DNA of 61,757 bases from a virus (taxonomy: Duplodnaviria; Caudoviricetes): positions 1-61,757 of the IMG/VR virus record IMGVR_UViG_3300030098_005510. One strand, 5' to 3'. Every line of letters begins with the position of its first letter. Position 1 is the stretch's first letter. A model generated the notes under the pieces. It was not told where the DNA came from. It made no database searches and saw nothing but the letters and a program-made list of their open reading frames with translations. Below are positions 1-9,207 of the stretch, piece by piece. A program made the position numbers and the translations under genes.

Positions 1-264
1 GAATACGTTGTTGGTAATGACAACGTTAAAGTTGAATACTGCCATAGCAGTGTTTCAGACTCAATCAAAGTGGTTGAGATGTGGGTTAATGGTAAGTTCC
101 ATAGGGTTAATTGGATGAGTCCTGAGGGTAATAAGAGGTTGATGGATAGGTTGGAAAAGGATATGACCGATAGGATGTGCGGTAGTTATATGGATGATTT
201 ACAAACCACAGGCTTTGATACAGAGATTGATTTAGATAGGGACATGCCAAGTTATGGATTATAA
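1..264 (+). CDS. Hypothetical protein, 5'-truncated or starting at 70
   Basis: Frame 1 is open from base 1 through the track ORF 70..264. Its end overlaps the start of the next gene. Confidence 0.6.
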   Translation, partial: EYVVGNDNVKVEYCHSSVSDSIKVVEMWVNGKFHRVNWMSPEGNKRLMDRLEKDMTDRMCGSYMDDLQTTGFDTEIDLDRDMPSYGL

Positions 265-445
265 AGAAATATTGGATAGGCTTGTAGATATAGAAGGTCA
301 GTTGGATGACGCTATGAACACCTTACCAGAGTATAATGCTAATGTAGATTCACAAGGATATATAGACGGCGCCAGGTGTGACTTATATTATCTTAAAGAC
401 GAAATAGAAAAGGCCATACTTGACGACAAGTCTGATAGCCAGTAA
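254..445 (+). CDS. Small acidic hypothetical protein
   Basis: 63 aa ORF overlapping both neighbours in a tightly packed operon. Confidence 0.65.
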   Translation: MDYKEILDRLVDIEGQLDDAMNTLPEYNANVDSQGYIDGARCDLYYLKDEIEKAILDDKSDSQ

Positions 446-974
446 CTGTAAAGAATGTCAAACCGAGTTGGATTCATCACGAGTTCAACTTGGTTATGAT
501 ATCTGTACAGATTGTTCTGATACTCAAAAGTATTCAGCTCATGTCGTGTATCCACACAAAACAGGTGCGATTGTCCAACCTGTCCAAGAAGACACTAAAA
601 GGAATATTCAGAGATTAGACCGAAGGTCTTCTAATGGTGGTCGTGTAGCTAAAGGTATCTTTGCTGATAATAGTTGGGATAGGTGGTTGGAAAAGTATTA
701 CGACAATATATATAACAAACAGACAACGAAAAAATCTTTTAAAAAAATCTCTCAAAAGTTCTCTCACATGAAGACCGAAACACTCTACCAAACTATCGTA
801 AAAGAATTCATCGAATGGGGTTATCAACGGGCAGTAGACAAAGTAAACGAGTTATATTCACAAGATAAAATATCATTGATTCAGAAAGGTAAGATGATTG
901 ACAACCTTTCTAAATTACAAATGATGTCCTCAAAAGAAAAAAAGTTTTTCAAGAAGTTAGAAAACAATTCATAA
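420..974 (+). CDS. Protein with an N-terminal C4 zinc finger (DksA/TraR-like spacing)
   Basis: CKEC-x16-CTDC (CKECQTELDSSRVQLGYDICTDCS). The exact start is uncertain. Confidence 0.55.
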   Translation: MTTSLIASNCKECQTELDSSRVQLGYDICTDCSDTQKYSAHVVYPHKTGAIVQPVQEDTKRNIQRLDRRSSNGGRVAKGIFADNSWDRWLEKYYDNIYNKQTTKKSFKKISQKFSHMKTETLYQTIVKEFIEWGYQRAVDKVNELYSQDKISLIQKGKMIDNLSKLQMMSSKEKKFFKKLENNS

Positions 975-1032
975 GGTGGTACTAATTCTTTAGTCCTCAA
1001 CTAGTCAACGACTTAAAAGAAGAAGTGCCACC
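975..1032 (+). other. Long intergenic stem-loop (terminator or structured leader)
   Basis: GGTGGTACT (975-983) pairs with AGTGCCACC (1024-1032). Inner pairings are TTCTTT/AAAGAA and AGTC/GACT. It is followed by TTATACTTATT. Confidence 0.55.
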
Positions 1033-1035
1033 TTA

Positions 1036-1042
1036 TACTTAT
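1036..1042 (+). promoter_or_regulatory. Putative phage late promoter variant TACTTAT
   Basis: Variant of the recurring intergenic TATTTAT motif, upstream of the transglycosylase RBS. Confidence 0.35.
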
Positions 1043-1062
1043 TAATAAAGAAAGGAAATACA

Positions 1063-1638
1063 ATGTCAGTAAATAAACTATATTACCTATTAGGTGTATT
1101 AACAACTGCTGTATCTGTTATGGCTTATGTAGAAATAATAGAGCCTGATATACCAATACAAACAAAAACCGAAACAGTTGTTCGTATGATTAACGTACCT
1201 TTTGCTCCAAGTGACTACGAACTACAGGCAGAAGAGATTAAATCTTCTTTGAATAAATCTAAGCTAAAACATATACTTATTTATATAGAAGCTCTCTGTT
1301 GGGAGTATGGGGTTGATTATGAAATGGTTAAAGCTGTTATACAAACTGAATCTGATTGGAATCACAAAGCTGTTTCCACGAGTGGAGCAATAGGTCTTAT
1401 GCAAGTATTACCATCAACTGCTATGTCAGAATTTAAAACACCAGAAAAAGACTTATATAATCCATATGTTAATGTAACTGTTGGTATAAAATATCTATCC
1501 AAACTTAACAAACACTTTGATGATATGGAATCAACACTTACAGCATATAGTCACGGTCCTACCGTAACAAAAAAATATTCTAATAATTATATTAGTAATA
1601 ACTTTTATGTAAAGAGAGTTCAAAAGAATCTAAAATGA
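1063..1638 (+). CDS. Lytic transglycosylase (SLT domain) with N-terminal membrane anchor
   Basis: SLT motifs AVIQTES (catalytic E), GAIGLMQV, G-x-x-YL and AYS-x-GP. Hydrophobic N-terminus. AAGGA RBS. Confidence 0.92.
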   Translation: MSVNKLYYLLGVLTTAVSVMAYVEIIEPDIPIQTKTETVVRMINVPFAPSDYELQAEEIKSSLNKSKLKHILIYIEALCWEYGVDYEMVKAVIQTESDWNHKAVSTSGAIGLMQVLPSTAMSEFKTPEKDLYNPYVNVTVGIKYLSKLNKHFDDMESTLTAYSHGPTVTKKYSNNYISNNFYVKRVQKNLK

Positions 1639-2288
1639 ATATAGCAACTTTAGCTGGACACTTAGCCTTTGGTCTTATTGCCTTTTCTTTTTTGGTAAAG
1701 GACATACTGTATCTTAGAATACTATCTATACTAGCTAGTTTGTTCTCTGTACTTTATAATTTCTATATACCAGTCGAACCTATGTGGTTAGCAATAAATT
1801 GGAACATCATATTTATTTTAGTTAATATCTATCATATAGCAGTCATCATTTATGAGAAGAGACCTGTTAAGATGTCTGCTAAAGAAAAAGAATTATATGA
1901 AACTATGTTTCGTGGTTTATCACCGGTAGAGTTTCTAAAGATTACTAAGATTGCTAAATGGAAAAAATTTAAATCACCATTACCAATTATTCAACAAGGT
2001 AAACCTGTAAATGATTTAATTTTAATTTACAATGGTGTGGTTGATATTTTAGTTAATGATAACAAAGTAGCTGAATTAAAAGATGGTCAGTTTGTAGGAG
2101 AGATGTCTTTCCTTACGGAGAAACCAGCTACTGCTACTTGTAAAGTAGCACATACCACAGAATGTTTAGTCTGGCCACAAAAAGATTTTAAGGATTTGTT
2201 GAAACGAAATCCCTCTTTATATTTCACAATACAATCACTTTTAAGTGAACAAGTATCTAACAATTTAGTTTCAAGTTCTCAAAAATAA
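1635..2288 (+). CDS. Popeye-type membrane protein with cyclic-nucleotide-binding domain
   Basis: About 3 N-terminal TM helices (KDILYLR...WNIIFILVNIYH), then a cNMP-binding fold (LILIYNG-x-V, GQFVGEMSFL...ATAT). ATGA overlap with the SLT gene. Confidence 0.82.
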   Translation: MNIATLAGHLAFGLIAFSFLVKDILYLRILSILASLFSVLYNFYIPVEPMWLAINWNIIFILVNIYHIAVIIYEKRPVKMSAKEKELYETMFRGLSPVEFLKITKIAKWKKFKSPLPIIQQGKPVNDLILIYNGVVDILVNDNKVAELKDGQFVGEMSFLTEKPATATCKVAHTTECLVWPQKDFKDLLKRNPSLYFTIQSLLSEQVSNNLVSSSQK

Positions 2289-2291
2289 TGC

Positions 2292-2320
2292 TTGACTTAA
2301 TGGTTATTTGTTTGTATATT
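2292..2320 (+). promoter_or_regulatory. Sigma70-type (early) promoter
   Basis: TTGACT (2292-2297), 17-nt spacer, TATATT (2315-2320), in an intergenic region. Confidence 0.75.
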
Positions 2321-2385
2321 ATATTGGATAATTAAATAGGTTATCGTTCTCAAAGAATTGAATCTCATTTATAAGAGGTTCTTAT

Positions 2386-2420
2386 GGGGCATAGTTCTTT
2401 CTTCCTTTCTTCTATGCCCC
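2386..2420 (+). other. GC-rich hairpin with a 17-nt all-pyrimidine loop
   Basis: Perfect 9-bp stem GGGGCATAG/CTATGCCCC with loop TTCTTTCTTCCTTTCTT. No U-tract follows. Confidence 0.65.
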
Positions 2421-2453
2421 TAAAATTTAAACAATAATAATAAGAGGTTAACA

Positions 2454-2690
2454 ATGAAAAATAAGAAAATAGATCTTTCCCAATTCGAACTATCAGCAGA
2501 TGATAAAAGACAAATGAAGTCTATGGATAAATTGTCGTCATCTACTCCTAACTATAAAGAAAACAAGAGAGTTAATCTTGATTACTTTAATGAAGGTGAA
2601 TTAGATGATACTGCTGTTAATGATTACTCCGAGTGTGATGGTCGTGAAGACTTAAAAACATTAGGTGACATTGGAATGGATGTATATTAA
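2454..2690 (+). CDS. Hypothetical protein (probably early)
   Basis: 78 aa ORF with GAGGT RBS, downstream of the sigma70 promoter. Confidence 0.75.
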   Translation: MKNKKIDLSQFELSADDKRQMKSMDKLSSSTPNYKENKRVNLDYFNEGELDDTAVNDYSECDGREDLKTLGDIGMDVY

Positions 2691-2740
2691 AAATTAAAAT
2701 CTCAATACTTAAATATAAGTGATTTGGTTAGGTGGTAGAC

Positions 2741-2747
2741 TATTTAT
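2741..2747 (+). promoter_or_regulatory. Putative late promoter TATTTAT
   Basis: Recurring intergenic motif, 6 nt before ATG 2754. Confidence 0.5.
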
Positions 2748-2753
2748 GAGTAT

Positions 2754-3086
2754 ATGGAACAGAAAGAAGCAAATAACGAACAAATCATTAAAGTATTATC
2801 TTTCATAATGACTAGATTAGATACTTTGGAGATTGAGCAATCAAGACACAAAGAGATGTTCTATAAAGTTCGTAAGAACTTGACAGATGCTAATGACTTG
2901 ATTAATCAAATACTTGATGTATTGGAGATAGAAAATCCAGAGTTGTATACCAAAACTATGGAACAATATCAAAATAGTCATATGAAGGATTTGGTTTCCA
3001 CATTAGATAAACATATAGAAGAACTTGATAATTTAAGTGATGATGAAGTTCTTGAACTATTAATGCAAATTGTAGGAGATGCTTAA
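2754..3086 (+). CDS. Hypothetical helical/coiled-coil protein
   Basis: 110 aa ORF, tightly coupled to the next gene. Confidence 0.75.
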   Translation: MEQKEANNEQIIKVLSFIMTRLDTLEIEQSRHKEMFYKVRKNLTDANDLINQILDVLEIENPELYTKTMEQYQNSHMKDLVSTLDKHIEELDNLSDDEVLELLMQIVGDA

Positions 3087-3232
3087 TGATAAATTCAGAG
3101 ATGATTCTCTTCTTAGAGGATTTAAAGGCTTTGTTATTAGAAATAGATACACACCATGAGGAAGACCAAAACGAGATACTTATAGAAGTCATAGATTTAA
3201 TAGACGATAAAATTATCGAACTAGAGTCATAA
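3086..3232 (+). CDS. Small acidic hypothetical protein (48 aa, not in the ORF track)
   Basis: ATG overlaps the upstream TAA, with an AGGAG RBS. Reads MINSEMILFLEDLKALLLEIDTHHEEDQNEILIEVIDLIDDKIIELES and fills the gap exactly. Confidence 0.7.
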   Translation: MINSEMILFLEDLKALLLEIDTHHEEDQNEILIEVIDLIDDKIIELES

Positions 3233-3523
3233 TTGTTACATTACATAATTACAATCATATTAGGAATTGTTGCTACCTTTTTTGGGGTGGTAATTTTCTA
3301 TGCATTACGCCGTATAAACTCATACGAAAATATAATACTAAACATAAGCAATACAGTAGAATCAATAAAACTTCAACTTAAAGTAATAGACGATAAAGGA
3401 ACATTTGAATCAGACGATGAAGTTGGTTTCTTCTTTGAAGAAATAAAACAACTTGGAAAAGACTTAGACAATTTATTTGAAACCGAGGTTGAAGAAAATG
3501 AAAAAGAGACGAAAGAAAAGTAA
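3233..3523 (+). CDS. Single-TM membrane protein
   Basis: N-terminal hydrophobic helix, then a coiled segment and a GTFESDDEVGFFF motif. Confidence 0.75.
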   Translation: MLHYIITIILGIVATFFGVVIFYALRRINSYENIILNISNTVESIKLQLKVIDDKGTFESDDEVGFFFEEIKQLGKDLDNLFETEVEENEKETKEK

Positions 3524-4205
3524 AGTTTATTTTGGTACACCAGTACATGATGCTATCGTAAGATATAATCATTGTGATAATACCTTAGAAAAAAACAAAA
3601 TTTATACTGAGGAGATACATGCAGCATTTCTTAAGTTAGCAGAAAATATAATTAATACTTTCAAGTTTAGTTATTTTACTTATGGATTCAGAGACTTACA
3701 AGAAGAGGTTGTTTCTAACCTTGTTCTTAACATGCACAAATTTGATGAAACAAAGGGGAGTAAAGCTTTTAGTTATTTTTCTGTAGTAGCAAAAAATTAT
3801 CTTATTCTAAATAATAATGCTAACTACAAGAAGATGAAGATACATGACGACATAGATGTTTTATATGACCACGGTCACGATGATGAAGTTATAAATAAAA
3901 ATCCATCATCTGATGTATTTAAAAAGACTATCGATTATTTTGACCAAAATATAGAAAGACTCTTTCCAAAACACCAAGACAGAGAGATTGCTGAATCTAT
4001 ATTATATCTTTGTAGAAATAAAGATAACATAGATAACTTTAATAAGAAAGCAATCTACATAATGATTCGTGAGATGACAGATGTGAAAACATCAAAAATA
4101 ACTCAGATTACAAATACGTTCCGTAAAATATATCCTAAAATCCAAGAAGAAGTGCTTACAAGAGGTCACATAGACAACCTAAGATATACAGGTTCTTTAG
4201 TGTAA
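3498..4205 (+). CDS. Late-transcription sigma factor (T4 gp55-like)
   Basis: Sigma region-2-like segment DLQEEVVSNLVLNMHKFDETKGSKAFSYFSVVAKN. ATG 3498 has a GAGG RBS (track start is 3477). Confidence 0.75.
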   Translation: MKKRRKKSKVYFGTPVHDAIVRYNHCDNTLEKNKIYTEEIHAAFLKLAENIINTFKFSYFTYGFRDLQEEVVSNLVLNMHKFDETKGSKAFSYFSVVAKNYLILNNNANYKKMKIHDDIDVLYDHGHDDEVINKNPSSDVFKKTIDYFDQNIERLFPKHQDREIAESILYLCRNKDNIDNFNKKAIYIMIREMTDVKTSKITQITNTFRKIYPKIQEEVLTRGHIDNLRYTGSLV

Positions 4206-4221
4206 TATTGTAACCATACTA

Positions 4222-4228
4222 TATTTAT
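4222..4228 (+). promoter_or_regulatory. Putative late promoter TATTTAT
   Basis: Heads the baseplate operon, 4 nt before ATG 4233. Confidence 0.55.
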
Positions 4229-4232
4229 ATGT

Positions 4233-4631
4233 ATGGACAATGATATAAAAATATTTGGTGACAAAAACTTCTCGGATTTATCCCAAGAAATATACGAGAA
4301 TAACAAGTTAAAGAAAACTCAAATCGACTTGTTAATCCAAGAGGTGCATGGTTACATACAAGGTATCGAAGATATTGCTATCGTAGGTCCTATTATCAAA
4401 GAACTAATGGATGTTGGTATCAAGAATGATGACAACCTTGTTAAACTAGCAACTCTATATCAGAGGATAATGTCTAAACAAACTATTGATGAAAGTGGAG
4501 TTAGTCTATTATCGGATGAAGAAAAAGAACAACTCATGGCTTCGCTTGAAGATGTAGCAGAGGACTTACAGAAAAAGAAAGACGACATTGTTGATATGTC
4601 TGAGATAAGACAAAAGTATGGTGACTCATAA
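4233..4631 (+). CDS. Hypothetical protein, first gene of the baseplate operon
   Basis: 132 aa helical ORF coupled to the next gene. Confidence 0.8.
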   Translation: MDNDIKIFGDKNFSDLSQEIYENNKLKKTQIDLLIQEVHGYIQGIEDIAIVGPIIKELMDVGIKNDDNLVKLATLYQRIMSKQTIDESGVSLLSDEEKEQLMASLEDVAEDLQKKKDDIVDMSEIRQKYGDS

Positions 4632-5992
4632 TGACGAATTTAGCAGTAAATCCATTGAATATAAACCAACGAGGAACTCCTAATCAAGATGAGGTTACTT
4701 TACCGGAGTTTACTTTTCATCACGGTCATGTTGAAATGGTTGTTCATGAATATTCTGATTTAGAACAATATGGTAAACTACCAACAAATTTACCATCAGA
4801 CTTAAGTCATTGTATTTTATTACTACCCACATTTGAAGGCATAGTTGGTTCACAAAATTTAAAAGAAGTGGTTTTAGCACAACCTTTATTAAGAGGAGTT
4901 TCAGACTCGGTGGCTAGGGGAGATAGTGTTATTTTTACAAGAATAGGTGATATATTTTTTTACTTAGGTCCTTTAAATACAACTAACAATCCAAACTATT
5001 GTCCTGATAGCTATTATGATTCCTCGTTTGGTGGTAATAGAGTTATACAATCTAGTGCTGACGATAGTAATGGTTACAATTTAGATTATAAAAAAGTTAA
5101 TATAAAAAGAGTATTAAAAGATAAAAATGTGTTTTTAGACAGACCATATAATTTAGGAGTTGGGGAAGTTGGTTCAAAGGCACATACACAATCACACTAT
5201 TCTAATTTAACATTTGAAGGAAGACACGGCAATTCAATTGAAATAGGCACTCGTTTTATTAATCCATATATAACAATAAAAAATAATACAAGAGCAGTAT
5301 CCGGTACTGGTATAGGCTTGTTATCACTTGGAACTATAAATGATTATTTTCCAAGTTACGGAAGTTTATCAAGCGACAGAAGAATAAATGAAGAACGAGA
5401 AACTTTAATAGAAGGTCAATATCCTGGTTATCAAATAAATTTTGGTAATGATGAACTAAGTGGTAATAATCTACCTAGGCAGGATAAATTTGATTATTTA
5501 TATGCTGCGACCAATAAAGAAACTCCAGAATCACAAACGGAGTTTGACCAACTAATAATATTTTCAGATAGGATAACTTTTGATTCTAGAGATAATGATT
5601 TAACGATGTCAGCATATCGTAATATAAACTTAGGTGCTGGAAGAAATGTAACTATTACTAATAAAGGATTCTCAGTTATTGAATCTCAGAATATTTATTT
5701 AGGGAAGCAATCTAAAACTAAAAAAGAACCGTTGGTATTAGGTGATGAACTAAGAGCATTATTATTAGATATTATGACTATATTACAAGATTCACGAGCA
5801 TTAGTTCAAGGAGTTCCGATTCCACTTGTTGATGACAACTCTGCACCAATGTTTCAAAGAATACAAAATTTAATTACTGAACTAGAACCAAGAACTGAAG
5901 GTGATAATGGATTTACAAATGACGGACCTAAATTTATGAGTCATCATCATTACATAGAAATAAACAATAGGGAACAGAACAATGAAGGTTAA
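4631..5992 (+). CDS. Probable baseplate hub/spike protein (gp5/gpV-like)
   Basis: EGRHGNSIEIG and a beta-repeat C-terminus (QLIIFSDRITFDSR...IYLG...EPLVLGDEL). Lies just upstream of gp25-like and gp6-like genes. Confidence 0.55.
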   Translation: MTNLAVNPLNINQRGTPNQDEVTLPEFTFHHGHVEMVVHEYSDLEQYGKLPTNLPSDLSHCILLLPTFEGIVGSQNLKEVVLAQPLLRGVSDSVARGDSVIFTRIGDIFFYLGPLNTTNNPNYCPDSYYDSSFGGNRVIQSSADDSNGYNLDYKKVNIKRVLKDKNVFLDRPYNLGVGEVGSKAHTQSHYSNLTFEGRHGNSIEIGTRFINPYITIKNNTRAVSGTGIGLLSLGTINDYFPSYGSLSSDRRINEERETLIEGQYPGYQINFGNDELSGNNLPRQDKFDYLYAATNKETPESQTEFDQLIIFSDRITFDSRDNDLTMSAYRNINLGAGRNVTITNKGFSVIESQNIYLGKQSKTKKEPLVLGDELRALLLDIMTILQDSRALVQGVPIPLVDDNSAPMFQRIQNLITELEPRTEGDNGFTNDGPKFMSHHHYIEINNREQNNEG

Positions 5993-6410
5993 TATATTTA
6001 AAAAGTTAATAAGAGAAGTAGTAAGAGAAGAGTTAGATTATAAATTTTCTGCACTTGAAAAAAAGTTAGATGAAGTGTTAGTTAGCTCTAATTCTAATAG
6101 TATAGTAGAAGATAGAGCGCTACAACTTACCGCATCTTCGACTGAAAAAACAAATACTCAGTCACGAGTTCCGACTCCGACATTACCATCTACCAATACT
6201 GCACTAACAAAAGATGCAATATTAAATGATATTCTTGCTGAAACAGCAGCAAATGATGATTGGAAAAAAATAAATGAAGAACCACAAGTTCAATCCGTAA
6301 CAGACAATACTCAAGGATTACCTGAACATCTGGCAAATGCTCTTAACAAAGATTATTCAGAGGTAATGAATAAGGTAGAAGAAAAGGCAAGGTTTAAGAA
6401 TGGCTCTTAA
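5982..6410 (+). CDS. Hypothetical virion-associated protein
   Basis: 142 aa with a KKLIREVVREEL N-terminus, within the baseplate operon. Confidence 0.75.
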   Translation: MKVNIFKKLIREVVREELDYKFSALEKKLDEVLVSSNSNSIVEDRALQLTASSTEKTNTQSRVPTPTLPSTNTALTKDAILNDILAETAANDDWKKINEEPQVQSVTDNTQGLPEHLANALNKDYSEVMNKVEEKARFKNGS

Positions 6411-6765
6411 AGACGACATATATACAGCTTTAATTAATAATATTCAACCAGATAATCCTGGTGAAAATTTTAATTTATCAGATGCAGCAATAGATAAAGT
6501 GGAAAAATTATCTGAAGATTTAACAACAGCTATTAAATCATATATTGACGATTTAGTTTTTAGAGTTCACGACTTAAAAGCCGATACTATTATTTTACCT
6601 GGCACAATACAAACAGCAGCAGGTCCTAATGTTAATCCTTTACAAGTATCAGTTAAAGTTAGTCAAGATAATCCAGAGGGTATTACAGACGCACCAAACT
6701 CTCTTCAGTCTGTGATTAAAGTTGATAAAATTGTAAATAGCGATAAAAGTGGAGTGCTTGTATAA
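6400..6765 (+). CDS. Hypothetical protein
   Basis: 121 aa ORF overlapping both neighbours. Confidence 0.7.
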   Translation: MALKDDIYTALINNIQPDNPGENFNLSDAAIDKVEKLSEDLTTAIKSYIDDLVFRVHDLKADTIILPGTIQTAAGPNVNPLQVSVKVSQDNPEGITDAPNSLQSVIKVDKIVNSDKSGVLV

Positions 6766-7274
6766 TGCCAATACTCGACAGAAGAAAAGATAGATTTGTA
6801 GAAGACCAAGATACAAGAGTGTCTGTGGGAATTGATTTTCCTTTTGGTAGGGTTGGCAATGGCGATGGATTTTTTAAAACTACAAAGACAACAATAGATG
6901 CTATAAAAAACAATATTAAACTTCTTTTACAAACTAATCAAGGTGAAAGAATGTTTCAACCAAACTTAGGAATGAACTTAAGAAATCTTTTGTTCGAGGA
7001 AATGACAGAGGACTTGACTATACAAATAGAAAATAATATTGTAGATGTGTTTGAAAGATGGCTTCCTTTTGTCGAGTTAAGAAACATAAACATAGAAAAT
7101 AGAAACGAATTAAGTCAAGTAAAAATTAATATAGAATTTAATATAAGAAGAGCACCTAATTCTTTGGAGAGTGTTCAAGTTACATTTGATGGTGTAGGTG
7201 CTGGAAGTTCTACCAGCATTGGTGGTGGAGTGACTACCGGAACTAGTAGCGGCGGTGGTGGTGGTGGTTACTAA
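6765..7274 (+). CDS. Baseplate wedge subunit, gp25/gpW-like
   Basis: IKNNIKLLLQTNQGERMFQPNLGMNLRNLLFE...WLPFV, the hallmark of the GPW/gp25 family. Gly-rich tail. Confidence 0.9.
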   Translation: MPILDRRKDRFVEDQDTRVSVGIDFPFGRVGNGDGFFKTTKTTIDAIKNNIKLLLQTNQGERMFQPNLGMNLRNLLFEEMTEDLTIQIENNIVDVFERWLPFVELRNINIENRNELSQVKINIEFNIRRAPNSLESVQVTFDGVGAGSSTSIGGGVTTGTSSGGGGGGY

Positions 7275-7290
7275 GACATAGGAGATATTA

Positions 7291-9207
7291 ATGGCATATA
7301 CAGAAAAACAAAGACTAAAACCAACAAATGTAAAATACACAAGTAAAGATTTTAGTACGATTAAAAAAGATTTAATTGAATATACTAAATCTTATTTTCC
7401 TGATACATACAAAGATTTCAACGAAACATCACCTGGTATGATGTTAATAGAGTTATCAAGTTATGTTGGTGATGTGCTTTCATATTACATAGATTATAAC
7501 TACAAAGAAAATCTGTTAGCAACCGCCACAGAAAAAAGAAACATCCGTAGACTATCAGAATTTCTTGGATATAAAACTCCAAATACAACACCATCAGTTG
7601 TTAGGTTAAAAGTAGAAACTAGTATTGGTGCTGATAGTACAACTGGTGAACCACTTTACGGAGAAGCCCCATCTTCAATAGATAGCGGTTTACAGATTGC
7701 TTCAAATATAGATTCTGAGATTCTTTTTGAGACTACTGATGAAATAGACTTCTCATCAAGTGGTTCAGGTGATCCTGCTATAAGTGCTCCAATACTTGAT
7801 AGTAATGGTGAAGCTAGTTCTTATACTTTAACAAGATTTGTTAGAGCTATATCGGCAGAGACTAAAACAAAAACATTTAATATTACAACTCCTACAAAAT
7901 TTTTAGAATTAGATTTAGGTGAAAGTAATTTAATTGAGATACTAGATTGTACAGATGGTTCTGGACAAAAATGGTATGAAGTAGATTATTTAGCACAAAC
8001 TAAGATTTTAAAAGAAACACATTATAGTGATGATTCAACTAGAACAAATGCTTACGACCAAGGTGATGCCTCAACTGAAACTTCAACAATACCTGTTCCT
8101 TATGTTGCTGAGTACATATCCTCTACAAAAAAATTCACAACTAAATTTGATGAAGATACTGAAACATACAAAGCTTGTTTTGGTAATGGACTGTTTAGAT
8201 TTAGTAACTCTGGTTCAAATGTAGATCCTGTAGAACAAGCTGGTGTAACTATTAACGGAACTAATCTTGCTGATGTACCAAGTGCTATTGGTGTAGTAGT
8301 AGGAAACAATCCAAATTTAGGAGAAACTCCATCAAATACATCATTGACATTTACCTATAGAGTTGGTGGTGGTGCGGATACAAATATACAATCCGGAGAA
8401 TTGACAACTGTTAATAACTCACCAGCAGGTGTTTCTATAACTGTAACAAATGATGAACCAAGTGTTGGTGGAACTGATGGTCAAACTGTAGACGAGATAA
8501 GAAACAATGCCTCTGCTTTCTTTGCCTCTCAACTTCGTTGTGTTACCAAAGAAGATTATCAGGCAAGAATACTGTCTCTTCCACAAAAGTTTGGTAGTAT
8601 TGCTAAATGTTATGTGGAAAGAGTAGATGGTGGAGCTTTATTAGTGTCTACTCTTTCTTATAATCAGAACAGGCAATTAGTTCAGACACCACAACTTGTT
8701 TTACAAAATATTGGTACATACCTTAATCAATTCAGAATGATAAACAATCAAGTAGGTTTTGGTTTTACATTGAATGACACATTGTTTTCTGGCTATGTAA
8801 TAAACTTTGGAGTTCGTTTTATTATCAATTATGACAGAAGATTAAATCCAACTGAAGTAAAGTTAAATGTAATTCAAGTGATAAAGAATTTCTTTGCAGT
8901 AGAAAAAATGCAGTTTAGACAATCGATTAATTTAAACGATTTACAATATAATATCTTAGGATTAGACGGTGTGATTGGTATAAAAGAATTAAAGTTATTT
9001 CAAGATGGAAATACAAATTACGCTAATGGTAGAAAGCTTTATCAATATCAAGGTAACGGTGAAATTGTGACTGATGGTGAATCGGAATATGGTTTTCAGT
9101 ATAACTTTGAAAATGCTTTGCAAGACGGAATCATAAGACCATCTGTTACACCAGCAGTATTTGAATTAAGAAACCCTAACCAAGACATATACGGAAAGGT
9201 AATATAA
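7291..9207 (+). CDS. Baseplate wedge protein, gp6/baseplate J-like
   Basis: KDFSTIKKDLIEY...DFNETSPGMMLIELSSYVGDVLSYY; FGNG; YRVGGG; GG-x-D...RCVTKEDY. Confidence 0.9.
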   Translation: MAYTEKQRLKPTNVKYTSKDFSTIKKDLIEYTKSYFPDTYKDFNETSPGMMLIELSSYVGDVLSYYIDYNYKENLLATATEKRNIRRLSEFLGYKTPNTTPSVVRLKVETSIGADSTTGEPLYGEAPSSIDSGLQIASNIDSEILFETTDEIDFSSSGSGDPAISAPILDSNGEASSYTLTRFVRAISAETKTKTFNITTPTKFLELDLGESNLIEILDCTDGSGQKWYEVDYLAQTKILKETHYSDDSTRTNAYDQGDASTETSTIPVPYVAEYISSTKKFTTKFDEDTETYKACFGNGLFRFSNSGSNVDPVEQAGVTINGTNLADVPSAIGVVVGNNPNLGETPSNTSLTFTYRVGGGADTNIQSGELTTVNNSPAGVSITVTNDEPSVGGTDGQTVDEIRNNASAFFASQLRCVTKEDYQARILSLPQKFGSIAKCYVERVDGGALLVSTLSYNQNRQLVQTPQLVLQNIGTYLNQFRMINNQVGFGFTLNDTLFSGYVINFGVRFIINYDRRLNPTEVKLNVIQVIKNFFAVEKMQFRQSINLNDLQYNILGLDGVIGIKELKLFQDGNTNYANGRKLYQYQGNGEIVTDGESEYGFQYNFENALQDGIIRPSVTPAVFELRNPNQDIYGKVI

